From positions 24,483 to 88,482 of the forward strand of contig CAZLEQ010000003.1 in assembly GCA_964558575.1 (NCBI GenBank): 64,000 bases of DNA. The letters run 5' to 3'. This document shows, piece by piece, positions 1 through 9,043 of the stretch. The position numbers were made by a program, and so were the translations under genes. Below the pieces are notes generated by a model that worked only from the letters and a program-made list of their open reading frames with translations, was not told the origin of the DNA and did not search any database. The DNA is from an uncultured Acidimicrobiaceae bacterium (GTDB lineage: Bacteria > Actinomycetota > Acidimicrobiia > Spongiisociales > ZC4RG35). Numbering within the stretch: the first letter of the stretch is position 1; each line of letters begins with the position of its first letter.

Positions 1-135
1 CGCGGTGTGGTCGCAGCCGAAGGTTACGACCTCGACGGTGCCCAGCTAGACGCCCTGTCCCGGCTCGACCCTGAGACCGTCGACGACGCTATCGAGGCCC
101 TCATAGGCGATCTCGACGGCGCCAAGTGGGGCTGA
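1..135 (+). CDS. 3' end of an unidentified gene that starts upstream of the window
   Basis: Frame 1 is open from base 1 to TGA 133-135 with G/C-rich third positions (...DALSRLDPETVDDAIEALIGDLDGAKWG*). No family recognised. Overlaps the next start by 10 nt. Confidence 0.35.
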   Translation, partial: RGVVAAEGYDLDGAQLDALSRLDPETVDDAIEALIGDLDGAKWG

Positions 136-923
136 CCGCCGGCAAGGGCATCGGCTCCTCTTTCTACGACCGCTGGACGGAGTTGTTCCTCGACGGATTC
201 GGCCCGATCTTCCAAGCCGGCACCGTCAGGACAGGGGATCCTCCGAGGGAGGACCCGGAGCACTCTGTGCTCGCCCTCGTCGAGCGGGCCGGTCTCCGCG
301 ACGGCGACCGGGTGCTCGACGCCGGATGTGGGGTGGCGGGGCCGGCGACCATCATCGCCAGCCACTTCCCTGGGGTGGTGATCGACGGGGTCACCAACTC
401 TGGCCGGCAGGCGGCGATCGCACGCCGGCGTACAGCCGAGAAAGGACTGACCACCCGGGTGCGGGTTCACACCGCCGACTACCACGCACTTCCGTTTCGA
501 TCCGGGGAGTTCGATCAGGTCTTGTTCTTCGAGACCACCGGTTATTCGACCGACCTGGAGACGGCCTATCGGGAGGCCTACCGCGTTCTGAAGCGAGCCG
601 GGCGTCTCTACGTCAAGGACGTCTTCCGCCGGTCCGGGTCTCTGGATTCCGCGGACATGGCTGCGATGGATCGCTTCGATCGCCTCTGGGGTTGTGCCCG
701 TTCCAAGACGATCGTCGAGTCGGTACATGCCATGGCCCTCGCCGGCTTCCAGGTGTCCCTCGCCGCCCCCATGACCGACGTCGGCACCGCGCGTCTTGCC
801 GGCTCGATGGTCTCGCTGGCGGACGATGGTCTGGTTCTCACCGATCTGGGGAGATCGTTTCTCAGCCAGGATCTGAAGGCACCGATCGAGTTCGGTGAAA
901 TCCTGGCGGTGAAGCCCGGCTGA
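126..923 (+). CDS. class I SAM-dependent methyltransferase
   Basis: 265-aa ORF with SAM motif I VLDAGCGVAGPA followed by VIDGVT, and later RLYVKDVF. Typical Rossmann-fold methyltransferase layout. Confidence 0.8.
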   Translation: MGLTAGKGIGSSFYDRWTELFLDGFGPIFQAGTVRTGDPPREDPEHSVLALVERAGLRDGDRVLDAGCGVAGPATIIASHFPGVVIDGVTNSGRQAAIARRRTAEKGLTTRVRVHTADYHALPFRSGEFDQVLFFETTGYSTDLETAYREAYRVLKRAGRLYVKDVFRRSGSLDSADMAAMDRFDRLWGCARSKTIVESVHAMALAGFQVSLAAPMTDVGTARLAGSMVSLADDGLVLTDLGRSFLSQDLKAPIEFGEILAVKPG

Positions 924-1028
924 TCCAGTTCCCACCAGAACCCCACCAACACGCGACGCCACCCTCGAGAGATCGACCCTGCGATCCGTCGTCACCGGAG
1001 GGGCCGGGCCCGGCACACCTGACCCCCG

Positions 1029-2525
1029 CTAACCGGTCTCGGCCACGAGCTGCTCGTAGGTGCACTCCTCGGGAGTCTTGTCCTCCCGGAAGCCCTGGAA
1101 CGACGGCGCCCGCAAGCGGCCGCTGTCGGTGAGCTGACGGTGTTCCACCCGGGCCACCAGCTGCGGAGCCACCCAATGCGCTCCCCGCAGCTCGGGTCGG
1201 GAGCGGACAACGTCTGCGGGGAAGGGGCGCTGCATCGCCTCGAGCCTCCCGAGCCGGTCCATAGCGTCGTCCAGGCCAGCCTGGTCGAATCCGGTGCCCA
1301 CATTGCCCATGTAGCGGAGCCGGTCACCGTCGTAGACCGCCATCACCAGCGACCCGAGGCTTCCTTCACGGCGACCTTCACCCTCGGTCCAGCCGACGAT
1401 CACCACATCGGCGTCTAAGGTGACCTTCACCTTGAGCCAGTCGGGTGAGCGCGCCCCGGGCCGGTACTTCGAGGAGACCCGTTTCGCCATGATCCCCTCC
1501 AGGCCTTGCCGGGCAGCGGCTTCGAACAGGGCGAGACCGTTCTCCTCGGTGATCGGGGAGAGCTGCAGCTCGTCGGATGCCACGATGGTCTCCTCGAGTA
1601 TGCGGCGGCGTTCGGACAGGGGCTGCGACGTCAGGTCGCGTCCGTCGACGAACAACAGGTCGAAGACCATGTAGACCACGGGGATCTGTTTCGCCATCTG
1701 GGAGATGCGACGCTCGTCTCTCAGGTGCATCCGCTGCTGGAGACGTTGAAACGACGGGATCCCCTCGTCGAAGGCGACGATCTCGCCGTCGATCATGGCG
1801 TCGAGCGCCACCACCTGGTCGTGGAGGGCGTGGAGCTCGGGATAGGCGACGGTGATGTCTCTGTCGTTGCGGGAGATCAGCCGGGTGTGCTCGCCGCAAC
1901 CCGCGAGGGCCCGAATTCCATCCCATTTCGGCTCGAAAACCCAATCAGGGTCGTCGAAGGCCTCCTTGGCCAGGGTGGCCAGCATCGGCCGGGCCGGGGG
2001 CGGCTCGTCTCCGAGCTGGCGTAGATCCTCGGACATGATCGCCAGCCATTGCTCCCTCCCGCTCTCGACGCCGGTCTCGATCAGGTGCCACCGTCCCGCC
2101 AGGCGATCGCCGTGGAGACGGACGGTGAGCCGCTCCTCGTTGCGGTCTACCAACTCGTAACTGCCGTGGTCGAAGATGCGGACCACTCCTCCGCCGTACT
2201 CCCCTTCGGGAATGGTCCCCGAGAAAGTGGCGTACTCGATGGGATGGTCCTCGGTGCGGATGGCGAGGTGGCGCTCGCCCCTGTGTCGGGGCAGGCCCTT
2301 GGGCACCGCCCAGGAAACCAGCACCGGAACGTCGCCGTTGAACATCTCCAGCCTCACGTCGTGATGGAGCGCGGTGGCGTGATGCTGTTGGATGACGAAA
2401 CTATCTCCAACCGGGGCCACCAGAGGGTCGACGTCCCCGGAGACCGCAGCGCCTGACGGCTCGGGTGTGGAGTCGAAATCCCTCTTCTCGTCGTAGCTCG
2501 AGCCGCTCATCACGTCGTCGATCAC
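1029..2525 (-). CDS. ligD: ATP-dependent DNA ligase LigD, two-domain form (3'-phosphoesterase plus ligase, no polymerase domain)
   Basis: N-terminal FVIQQHHATALHHDVRLE (LigD phosphoesterase signature). Then FEPKWDGIRAL (adenylation motif I, KxDG) and an OB-fold tail. 498 aa. Confidence 0.9.
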   Translation of the reverse strand: MIDDVMSGSSYDEKRDFDSTPEPSGAAVSGDVDPLVAPVGDSFVIQQHHATALHHDVRLEMFNGDVPVLVSWAVPKGLPRHRGERHLAIRTEDHPIEYATFSGTIPEGEYGGGVVRIFDHGSYELVDRNEERLTVRLHGDRLAGRWHLIETGVESGREQWLAIMSEDLRQLGDEPPPARPMLATLAKEAFDDPDWVFEPKWDGIRALAGCGEHTRLISRNDRDITVAYPELHALHDQVVALDAMIDGEIVAFDEGIPSFQRLQQRMHLRDERRISQMAKQIPVVYMVFDLLFVDGRDLTSQPLSERRRILEETIVASDELQLSPITEENGLALFEAAARQGLEGIMAKRVSSKYRPGARSPDWLKVKVTLDADVVIVGWTEGEGRREGSLGSLVMAVYDGDRLRYMGNVGTGFDQAGLDDAMDRLGRLEAMQRPFPADVVRSRPELRGAHWVAPQLVARVEHRQLTDSGRLRAPSFQGFREDKTPEECTYEQLVAETG

Positions 2526-2577
2526 CCGGCACCCTATCCGGGCCGGCTACTCCGGAGCGGCGGCCCTGGCATGCTCT

Positions 2578-3969
2578 TCAACCGGCGACCAGGAGTAGCG
2601 CGTGGATGGCGATGCCGACCAGGCCCCCGACCACGGTGCCGTTGATCCGGACGAACTGGAGGTCACGGCCCAGCTGCAGTTCGAGCCGATGGGCGATCTC
2701 GGTGGCGTCCCATCCGTCCACGGTGTTCTCGATCAATCCGATCACCTCCTCGTCCCACTGATGGGCGAGCCGTTCCGCCGCCTCGGCGATCCAGGAGTCG
2801 ATCTCGAGACGGAGCCCGGCGTCGCCGAGAACGCGACCCGCCCACCACTGGACCAGCTCGGCGAGTCGCCCCTCGATCTCGGAACCGGGCTGGGCGGCCG
2901 CCCGGTCGAGGCCCGCCCGAAGAACCCGCCACTGTGACTCGACGGCAGTCACCAGTTCTGGGGAGTCGAGAATCCGCATCTTCGACTCTTCGATCCTCCC
3001 GGCCAGCCGAGGGTTGTTGCGCAGATCGTCGGCGATGCGGCCAAGCATCTCTTCTATGTCGGCCCGGATCGGGTGATCGGGATCGGCCGCGACATCCTCG
3101 ACGAGGAGCCGGAAGGAGGCGACGATTCTCTCGAAGATGATCTCCGTCGCCCAGTTCGGAACCCACCAGGGCCGGGATCGGGCGAAGCCGTCCTGGAAAT
3201 AGGGAAGGTTGTCCACCAAGACGACCTCGATGCCCCGCAGTGCAGCCTCGATCGACTCTTGTGTCTTGTCTCCCTTGAGCCAGGCGTCGACCACGAGTGA
3301 GATCAGTGGAGTCACCGTGGTCTGGCGCAGCCATTCCAGCGACGTCTCGGTGACGATCGCCGCCACTCGTTCGTCGTCGATGGTGGCGGCGATATTGGCC
3401 GCGGTCTCGATGAAACGTCGGGCGGCGACTGTCGAGTGATCGGCCGAGTCGAGCCATGTGGCCAGCCGCTTGGCGATGTCGGCGTTGCCGATCCAGTCCT
3501 TCAGATTGGTGGGATCGAGGAAGTTCTGGTGGACGAACTCGGCCAGCCCCCGGCCGATCTCGTCCTTGCTCTGGGGGATCAGGGCGGTGTGAGGAATGGG
3601 GATGCCCAGTGGGTGCCGGAAGAGGGCGGTGACTGCGAACCAGTCGGCGATGCCTCCGATCAGGGCCGCTTCCGACGCCGCCTGGACGAATCCGTTGATC
3701 CCGTCGTCGGGGCCGAAGAAGTGACTGATCAGGAAAACGACGAAGGCGCCGAGGAGGAAGCCGTTGGCCCTGCGTTTCCAGCGTTGCAGCTCCCGGGCTC
3801 GCCGTTCTTCGTAGGCGGTGCCCAGCGCCCCCAATCCGCTATTCACGCAGACATCGCACGCAGGGCAAGCTTCATGGTCGTCGTCGCAGGGAGTCCTCCC
3901 CGGAGCGCTCCGCCAATGAGGCAAGGCGGCAACGGGCGTCCTCGACGGTGTCGAGGCCTGCGTAGCCAA
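2578..3969 (-). CDS. DUF445-family membrane protein
   Basis: 463-aa ORF. Contains FRHPLGIPIPHTALIPQSKDEIGRGLAEFV, typical of DUF445, plus N- and C-terminal hydrophobic helices. The exact start is uncertain. Confidence 0.75.
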   Translation of the reverse strand: MATQASTPSRTPVAALPHWRSAPGRTPCDDDHEACPACDVCVNSGLGALGTAYEERRARELQRWKRRANGFLLGAFVVFLISHFFGPDDGINGFVQAASEAALIGGIADWFAVTALFRHPLGIPIPHTALIPQSKDEIGRGLAEFVHQNFLDPTNLKDWIGNADIAKRLATWLDSADHSTVAARRFIETAANIAATIDDERVAAIVTETSLEWLRQTTVTPLISLVVDAWLKGDKTQESIEAALRGIEVVLVDNLPYFQDGFARSRPWWVPNWATEIIFERIVASFRLLVEDVAADPDHPIRADIEEMLGRIADDLRNNPRLAGRIEESKMRILDSPELVTAVESQWRVLRAGLDRAAAQPGSEIEGRLAELVQWWAGRVLGDAGLRLEIDSWIAEAAERLAHQWDEEVIGLIENTVDGWDATEIAHRLELQLGRDLQFVRINGTVVGGLVGIAIHALLLVAG

Positions 3970-4070
3970 CGGTCGCGACCCACCCGGCGATCGCCTCTCT
4001 CCGCCACATCAAGCCCAATCCGTCAGCCGACCCCGTCGGCATGTGATTTTTGGGCAGGAAGCCGCCGAGG

Positions 4071-4229
4071 TTATGCAGGCGGTGATCCGCCACGACCCCG
4101 GTAACCGGTGACGGCGCTCACGATCAAGAGGATTAGTGCGATGATGAGCACCCAGCGGAGTGCCTCAACGAACAACCCCACTCCTCCAAGCACCAGGGCG
4201 AGAAGCAGTAACAGCAGTGCCAATCCCAT
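4071..4229 (-). CDS. small hydrophobic membrane protein (52 aa), absent from the supplied ORF track
   Basis: ATG at 4229 preceded by AAGGAG with a 4-nt spacer. Translation MGLALLLLLLALVLGGVGLFVEALRWVLIIALILLIVSAVTGYRGRGGSPPA* gives two predicted TM helices. Codon third positions are mostly G/C. Confidence 0.55.
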   Translation of the reverse strand: MGLALLLLLLALVLGGVGLFVEALRWVLIIALILLIVSAVTGYRGRGGSPPA

Positions 4230-4414
4230 GATTCTCCTTTCTCGTTGCCCCAGTCTTGCCCAATCAGGCCGTGGGATACACCCAATCCGGGGAAAAGATG
4301 TGCTCGAGTCTCAACTCGACCTGCCCGAACACAGGTAGTGACCGTGAAGGCTCTCACCATTTCGAGTGAGAAGATGCCCCGTCGTGGCGAGAAGCCCCGA
4401 AGACGGCGCCGTAT

Positions 4415-4435
4415 CGGGCCGGATGGTCCGGCCCG
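4415..4435 (-). terminator. candidate stem-loop downstream of the AsnC-like gene
   Basis: CGGGCCGG-atggt-CCGGCCCG, an 8-bp GC stem 24 nt past the stop at 4459. No U-tract, so it is a weak intrinsic terminator candidate. Confidence 0.25.
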
Positions 4436-4458
4436 GGTTCGATCGCGAGGGGCCGTCG

Positions 4459-4692
4459 TCAGAGCCGGACCACGGGGCAGGTGAGGGTGCGGGTCACCCC
4501 ACCTACGGCCTGGATCTCGGAGACGACGAGCTTGCCGATGGCGTCGATCTCGTCGGCAACGACGTGGGCTATCACGTCGTAGGGCCCGGTCACCACCACA
4601 GCCTCATCGACCCCGTCGATCTTCTGCACCTGTTCGGCGGCCTCTGCCATCTTCCCTTGCTCGGTCTGAATGAGCACGAACGCCTCGACCAT
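4459..4692 (-). CDS. stand-alone Lrp/AsnC ligand-binding (RAM) domain protein
   Basis: 77 aa, MVEAFVLIQTE...VDEAVVVTGPYDVIAHV...VTRTLTCPVV. This is the canonical AsnC_trans_reg fold pattern without an HTH. Confidence 0.8.
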   Translation of the reverse strand: MVEAFVLIQTEQGKMAEAAEQVQKIDGVDEAVVVTGPYDVIAHVVADEIDAIGKLVVSEIQAVGGVTRTLTCPVVRL

Positions 4693-4915
4693 GTGTCACC
4701 TCTTGGGGCGGACTGCTCAACCATACGCCGACACCGCACCGTCGTGGTTGGTTGATGGTTCCCGTGGTCGAGTGTCGGATCCGTTCCACGGATGGCGGTG
4801 CCGCGAGTCGCGAGGTCAGCCGAACGCCACGGATCGTTCGCTGCCCATCCGCTGGTGGGTGCAGAGGATTGCCACCGGGTCGGCGATTGTTCATCGTCCC
4901 GACCAGACCGATCGG

Positions 4916-5317
4916 TTAGCGGCTTCGACGGAGTGCACCCCAGACCCCGATGCCAGAGAGCAGGATGGTGACGCCGATCTTGGTGAAGTCGATGACAGGG
5001 CGCACGTCGATTCCTTCGGGACCTACCTGAATCACCGCCACCGGTCGCCCCTGCGACCCCGCTCCCCCGCCGCCACCACCGCCTGCTCCCTGACCGCCCC
5101 CGGGGTCGTCGCCTCTTCCCGCACCGAATCCGAAACCTCCGCCTCGTTCCCAGGCCGCGGCCATGACCACCAGGTCATCGCCCACGACGTGTGGTTCGGA
5201 AAAGACAGCCGATGGCGACGCCGGGCCCGCCAGCCCCTCGATCACTTCACGGATGCGCCCGCTGATCGTGGCCAACAGCTCGTCGAACTCGGTGGCTTGC
5301 TCTTGGTTCTCGCTCAT
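4916..5317 (-). CDS. YtfJ/GerW-family protein
   Basis: 133 aa. FSEPHVVGDDLVVMAAAW...Gly-rich linker...RPVAVIQVGPEGIDVRPVIDFTKI matches the Spore_YtfJ architecture. Confidence 0.75.
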   Translation of the reverse strand: MSENQEQATEFDELLATISGRIREVIEGLAGPASPSAVFSEPHVVGDDLVVMAAAWERGGGFGFGAGRGDDPGGGQGAGGGGGGGAGSQGRPVAVIQVGPEGIDVRPVIDFTKIGVTILLSGIGVWGALRRSR

Positions 5318-5568
5318 GACGTCATCCTCCTCAACATCGCACCCAACAGTACGGCCACGGCGACGAAACGGGTCAGGCCCACGACGTCGACGATCGCGAC
5401 TCGATCACCCCCACTCTCTGCCGAGCGAGGTCGCCGGTAGACGAGGGCGCCGGCTCCCCAACGGTGGGCCCAGGTCACCCACCAGGTCTCGCTCACCAGT
5501 CGGACCGGCCTCCCCGAAGGACTCGTGTGCTGTTCCGATGACGAATACCTGCCGGCTCGAAGCATCAA
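5314..5568 (-). CDS. small protein with C-terminal TM helix, translationally coupled to the YtfJ-like gene
   Basis: The stop overlaps the downstream ATG (ATGA at 5314-5317). Third positions are G/C-rich from about 5500 downward. C-terminus VAIVDVVGLTRFVAVAVLLGAMLRR. The true start is probably the internal GTG near 5493. Confidence 0.45.
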   Translation of the reverse strand: MMLRAGRYSSSEQHTSPSGRPVRLVSETWWVTWAHRWGAGALVYRRPRSAESGGDRVAIVDVVGLTRFVAVAVLLGAMLRRMTS

Positions 5569-5857
5569 CGAACGATACGCAGCTCTCCGACCCAGACGGC
5601 TCGTCGGACCTGTTGCAGCGGAGGACGCGTCGCTGGGCGTTCCCGAGATATCGGCTTCGGCGGTCTACCTCATCTCCACCGAGACTCTCTATCTCATCCT
5701 CGGCTTCTGTCTCCTCGTCGGTGCCGCCCTCGGCGTCTGGGCGACCCGGACGCACGTCGCCTCCGAGAGCCTGCGCACCCAGCTCATCCCCGAAGACCGC
5801 CGTCGCTGAGCCCTCCATTCGGTCTGCGGCCAGGGCATCGTGTCTTCGTGTCACCCA

Positions 5858-7381
5858 CTAGTGCAGCCGGCCGGTGGCGGTGGCCAGCTCGCGCAGCCGC
5901 TCCAGTGATCCGTCGCTCAGCTGACCGGTGCGGAGCCGCCACTCCCAGTTGCCGCTGGTGGTTCCCGGGGTGTTCATTCGCCCCTCGGTCCCAAGGCCGA
6001 GAACGTCCTGGACCGGAAGGATCGAGGTCATGGCACGGGATCGGCTCACCATCTCGACCAGTCCCCAAGGGATCTCTCCGTCCACCCTTTGGTAGAGCGA
6101 ACGCCGCCGCCGGTCGAGCCGCCAGAAACGGCGGCGCGGGTTGCCCTCCCAAAACCAGCCGGCGGTGGTGTCGTTGTCGTGGGTGCCGGTGTAGGCCCAG
6201 ACGTTGTGGGGGTAGTTGTCGGGATGATGCGTTGCCGAGTCCGCCACCTTGTCGAACCCGAATTGGGCGACCCTCATCCCGGGGAGGCCGAAACCGTCTC
6301 TGAGAGCGACCACGTCCTCGGTGATCACCCCGAGGTCCTCGGCGACGATGGGTAGCTCACCGAGCTCGTCCCCAATCGCCCCGAGCAGCTCACTCCCCGG
6401 TCCCGGACGCCACCGCCCGTTGACCGCGGTGAGTTCCGATGCAGGTATCTCCCAGTAGCCGGCGAGCCCGCGGAAGTGGTCGATTCGTAGCCAGTCGAAG
6501 AGGGAGAGGGCATGTCGCACCCGAGCCCTCCACCACGAGTAGTCGCGTTCTGCCATCAGCTCCCAGTCGAAGATCGGATTACCCCACCGCTGCCCGGTCT
6601 CCGAGAAGTAGTCGGGCGGCACCCCGGCCACGACCGTCGGCTTCCCCTCGTCGTCGAGACGGAACAGATCGGGGCTGGCCCAGACGTCGGCCGAGTCGTG
6701 GGCCACGTATAGGGGGAGGTCACCGACGATCTCGACGCCGAGGCCGCGGGCTGTCTGGCGAAGCGCTCGCCACTGCTCGAAGAAGAGGAACTGGATCACC
6801 CGGCTCATCTCGATCTGGTCGTCGAACTCCCGGCGCGCCCCTGCCAGGGCGGCGGGATCACGCCGGGCCAATTCGGCGTCCCACTGGGTCCACGCCCTTT
6901 GGCCGTGGGCGTCCTTGAGCACCACATACAGGCTGTAGTCGTCGAGCCAAGAGGAACCCTCTCGATCTCGAAACTCGGCGTATCGTTGCCGCATCTCCGG
7001 GTCGGCTCGTCCGGAGAACGCCGCCGCCGCCTCCCGCAACAACCTCGGCTTGCGCGAGTACACGATGCCGTAGTCGACCCGACCGCTGTCGGGTAGCGCG
7101 ATCGCATCGAGACTGGCCCCGTCGACGAGGCCGTTGTCAAACAGGTCCTCGGGACTCAGGAGCAGGGGGTTCCCGGCGAACGTCGACAGCGAGGAGTAAG
7201 GAGAGTTGCCAAACCCGGTCGGCCCGATGGGGAGCATCTGCCAGTAGAACTGGCCGGCTCGGGCCAAGTCGTCGACGAAATTGTGCGCCTCGGGCCCGAG
7301 ATCACCGATCCCGAAGCGGCCGGGCAGCGATGTCACATGGAGGAGCAGGCCGCCGGCACGACGCCCGCCAGTGGTGGACAC
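5858..7381 (-). CDS. malQ: 4-alpha-glucanotransferase (amylomaltase, GH77)
   Basis: GLLLHVTSLPGRFGIGDLG...WQMLPIGPTGFGNSPYSS...RIDHFRGL...GTHDNDT are MalQ signatures. The ORF is open to 7528, but the GTG at 7381 gives the usual N-terminus. Confidence 0.9.
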   Translation of the reverse strand: MSTTGGRRAGGLLLHVTSLPGRFGIGDLGPEAHNFVDDLARAGQFYWQMLPIGPTGFGNSPYSSLSTFAGNPLLLSPEDLFDNGLVDGASLDAIALPDSGRVDYGIVYSRKPRLLREAAAAFSGRADPEMRQRYAEFRDREGSSWLDDYSLYVVLKDAHGQRAWTQWDAELARRDPAALAGARREFDDQIEMSRVIQFLFFEQWRALRQTARGLGVEIVGDLPLYVAHDSADVWASPDLFRLDDEGKPTVVAGVPPDYFSETGQRWGNPIFDWELMAERDYSWWRARVRHALSLFDWLRIDHFRGLAGYWEIPASELTAVNGRWRPGPGSELLGAIGDELGELPIVAEDLGVITEDVVALRDGFGLPGMRVAQFGFDKVADSATHHPDNYPHNVWAYTGTHDNDTTAGWFWEGNPRRRFWRLDRRRRSLYQRVDGEIPWGLVEMVSRSRAMTSILPVQDVLGLGTEGRMNTPGTTSGNWEWRLRTGQLSDGSLERLRELATATGRLH

Positions 7382-7575
7382 GGGGACATGCAAGCAGAGC
7401 AGTCGGCGGGCAGCGGGGCGACTCTGCCGATTCGACCCTCGATCGGCACACGAAACCCTAGATCCAGAGATCGGCCAGACATGACCAGCGTTGGACCGTC
7501 CGACACCCGGCCGACCTTCCCCCACCAATTCGACGGCCCCAGCCTCGACCCCAGCCTCGACCCGAGCCGCGCGGA

Positions 7576-7974
7576 TCAGTCCTCGAGGTCGGTACCAGGT
7601 CGAGGATCGACTCCGAGTCGCCTGGCGTGACCCGGGGGGATCTTGTCCTTGTGGGCCAAACCGGGGGGCAGCCAGTCATCGCCCTTCATCCCCAGTCCTG
7701 GTGGCGGCCCGTCTCCCCCTCTACGCGCCTGTCCTGGAGGGGTGCCGTCTACCATCTTCTTGGCGAGACCAGGAGGCAAAGTGTCTCTCTGGGACAACCC
7801 GGGAGGCATCTCCTGGTCGCCGGTGAGGAATGGAGGAGGTCCGGTGTCCCCGGCGCCGCCGGTGTCTCGAGCGAGCGTGACGGCAGCTCCGAGAACGGCG
7901 ACCAGTGCAATAACCCCCACGACGACCCGACCACGCATGGCGACCATGCTACGCGAAGAGTGGTCGGCGCTCAA
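7576..7974 (-). CDS. membrane-anchored protein with six PPG(L/Q/H)-basic repeats
   Basis: N-terminal TM (VVVGVIALVAVLGAAV). Then PPGLSQRD, PPGLAKK, PPGQARR, PPPGLGMK, PPGLAHKDK and PPGHARR, a CigR-like repeat style. Confidence 0.6.
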   Translation of the reverse strand: MSADHSSRSMVAMRGRVVVGVIALVAVLGAAVTLARDTGGAGDTGPPPFLTGDQEMPPGLSQRDTLPPGLAKKMVDGTPPGQARRGGDGPPPGLGMKGDDWLPPGLAHKDKIPPGHARRLGVDPRPGTDLED

Positions 7975-7997
7975 CGGCTATCCAGCGACGAAGATCC

Positions 7998-8483
7998 CTA
8001 CCTGGCCGACCCTTCGCAGACCTCACAGATCTCCAGGGTGCGCAACCAACCCCGGCCCTGACAGCTGCCACACCGAGACACCCGCACCCGATGAACATCG
8101 AGCACGGTCACCTGGCCGGCCCCCCGGCAGTCGGGACACGACGAGTCCCGGTTGCGGACACCGGACCCACTGCAAGCCTGACAGGGCCGGGCCCGCCCGG
8201 TCGATCGCGCCGCACCGGACCCGGGACGGTGGTCGACCTCGATTCGACGCCCGGAGCCCGACCCTTCGCCGAAGCGTGGGCCAGTGCGGTACTCCGATCG
8301 GGCCTCAGAACCGAGGAGGAGACGGTAGGCGTCGACCAGGGCCTGGACGTCGGGGCCCACGGTTTCGTCCGACGCGGTGTCCGGATGACGCTCCATCACC
8401 CTTCTCCGGAAGGCGGCACGCACCTCGGCCTGGCTGGCCCCGGGGCTGAGGCCGAGCAAGCGGAAGGCGTCTCCTTCCTTCAT
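7998..8483 (-). CDS. J-domain protein with DnaJ-type zinc-finger (CR) domain and no C-terminal substrate-binding domains
   Basis: DAFRLLGL...ERHPDT (HPD motif). Four CxxCxGxG-type units: CQACSGSG, CPDCRGAG, CGSCQGRG, CEVCEGSA. The ATG at 8483 overlaps the upstream stop (ATGA). Confidence 0.75.
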   Translation of the reverse strand: MKEGDAFRLLGLSPGASQAEVRAAFRRRVMERHPDTASDETVGPDVQALVDAYRLLLGSEARSEYRTGPRFGEGSGSGRRIEVDHRPGSGAARSTGRARPCQACSGSGVRNRDSSCPDCRGAGQVTVLDVHRVRVSRCGSCQGRGWLRTLEICEVCEGSAR

Positions 8484-8995
8484 CACCACACCCTCCCCAG
8501 GTCGAACCGCAAGGCATCGAAGACCAGATCGGCTTGTCGGTTTCTGCAGTTGTGCAGCGCCATGATGACCCAACTGGCACGTTGTCGGAGATCACCGGTA
8601 TCGGCGATGACGACACCGAGGCCATCCAGTTCACCCCGGAATGTCTCTAGCTGCCTGATGATGTCGTCGTACTGGTCCCTGATGCCGCGCACGCGGGGAC
8701 CGAATCGTCGGGGATGTTCCGCCACGACCATGGCCATCAGTGAATCTGGCCGCGTCAGCTCTCCCTGCTCTTCCGACATCGCGTATTGCAGTGCATCCAG
8801 GCTGGACCTCAGATCGTCGATCCAGCCTTCGCCCCCTGCCGGGCGACTCAGCGCTTCCTCGAGTCGATGAATCGCGGCCAGAGTCCGGTCACGATCGCCC
8901 TGGGCGGCATCGAAAGCAGATCGTTTCGACCGCTCCCAATCTTCAGCCACCGAGCCTGCCTTCATACCTCTCGATCGGGTCTCCACTGGGGCCAC
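8483..8995 (-). CDS. hypothetical helical protein (170 aa)
   Basis: GTG at 8995 with GGAGG 6 nt upstream and G/C-rich third positions. Predicted all-helical. No family recognised. Coupled to the J-domain gene. Confidence 0.6.
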   Translation of the reverse strand: MAPVETRSRGMKAGSVAEDWERSKRSAFDAAQGDRDRTLAAIHRLEEALSRPAGGEGWIDDLRSSLDALQYAMSEEQGELTRPDSLMAMVVAEHPRRFGPRVRGIRDQYDDIIRQLETFRGELDGLGVVIADTGDLRQRASWVIMALHNCRNRQADLVFDALRFDLGRVW

Positions 8996-9043
8996 GGGCC
9001 CCCTCCGGGCGTAGACCGAAGGGGGCCGGGCCGTGCTCTGGGG

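Noticed and set aside
24-1016. 330-aa minus-strand ORF
   Set aside because: It is antisense to the methyltransferase gene, which has a clear SAM-binding motif.
4434-4450. tRNA-like GGGTTCGATCG (also GGGTTCGATGCG near 46768)
   Set aside because: The flanking bases do not form a T-arm stem, and no acceptor or anticodon arms can be drawn. No tRNA is called in the window.
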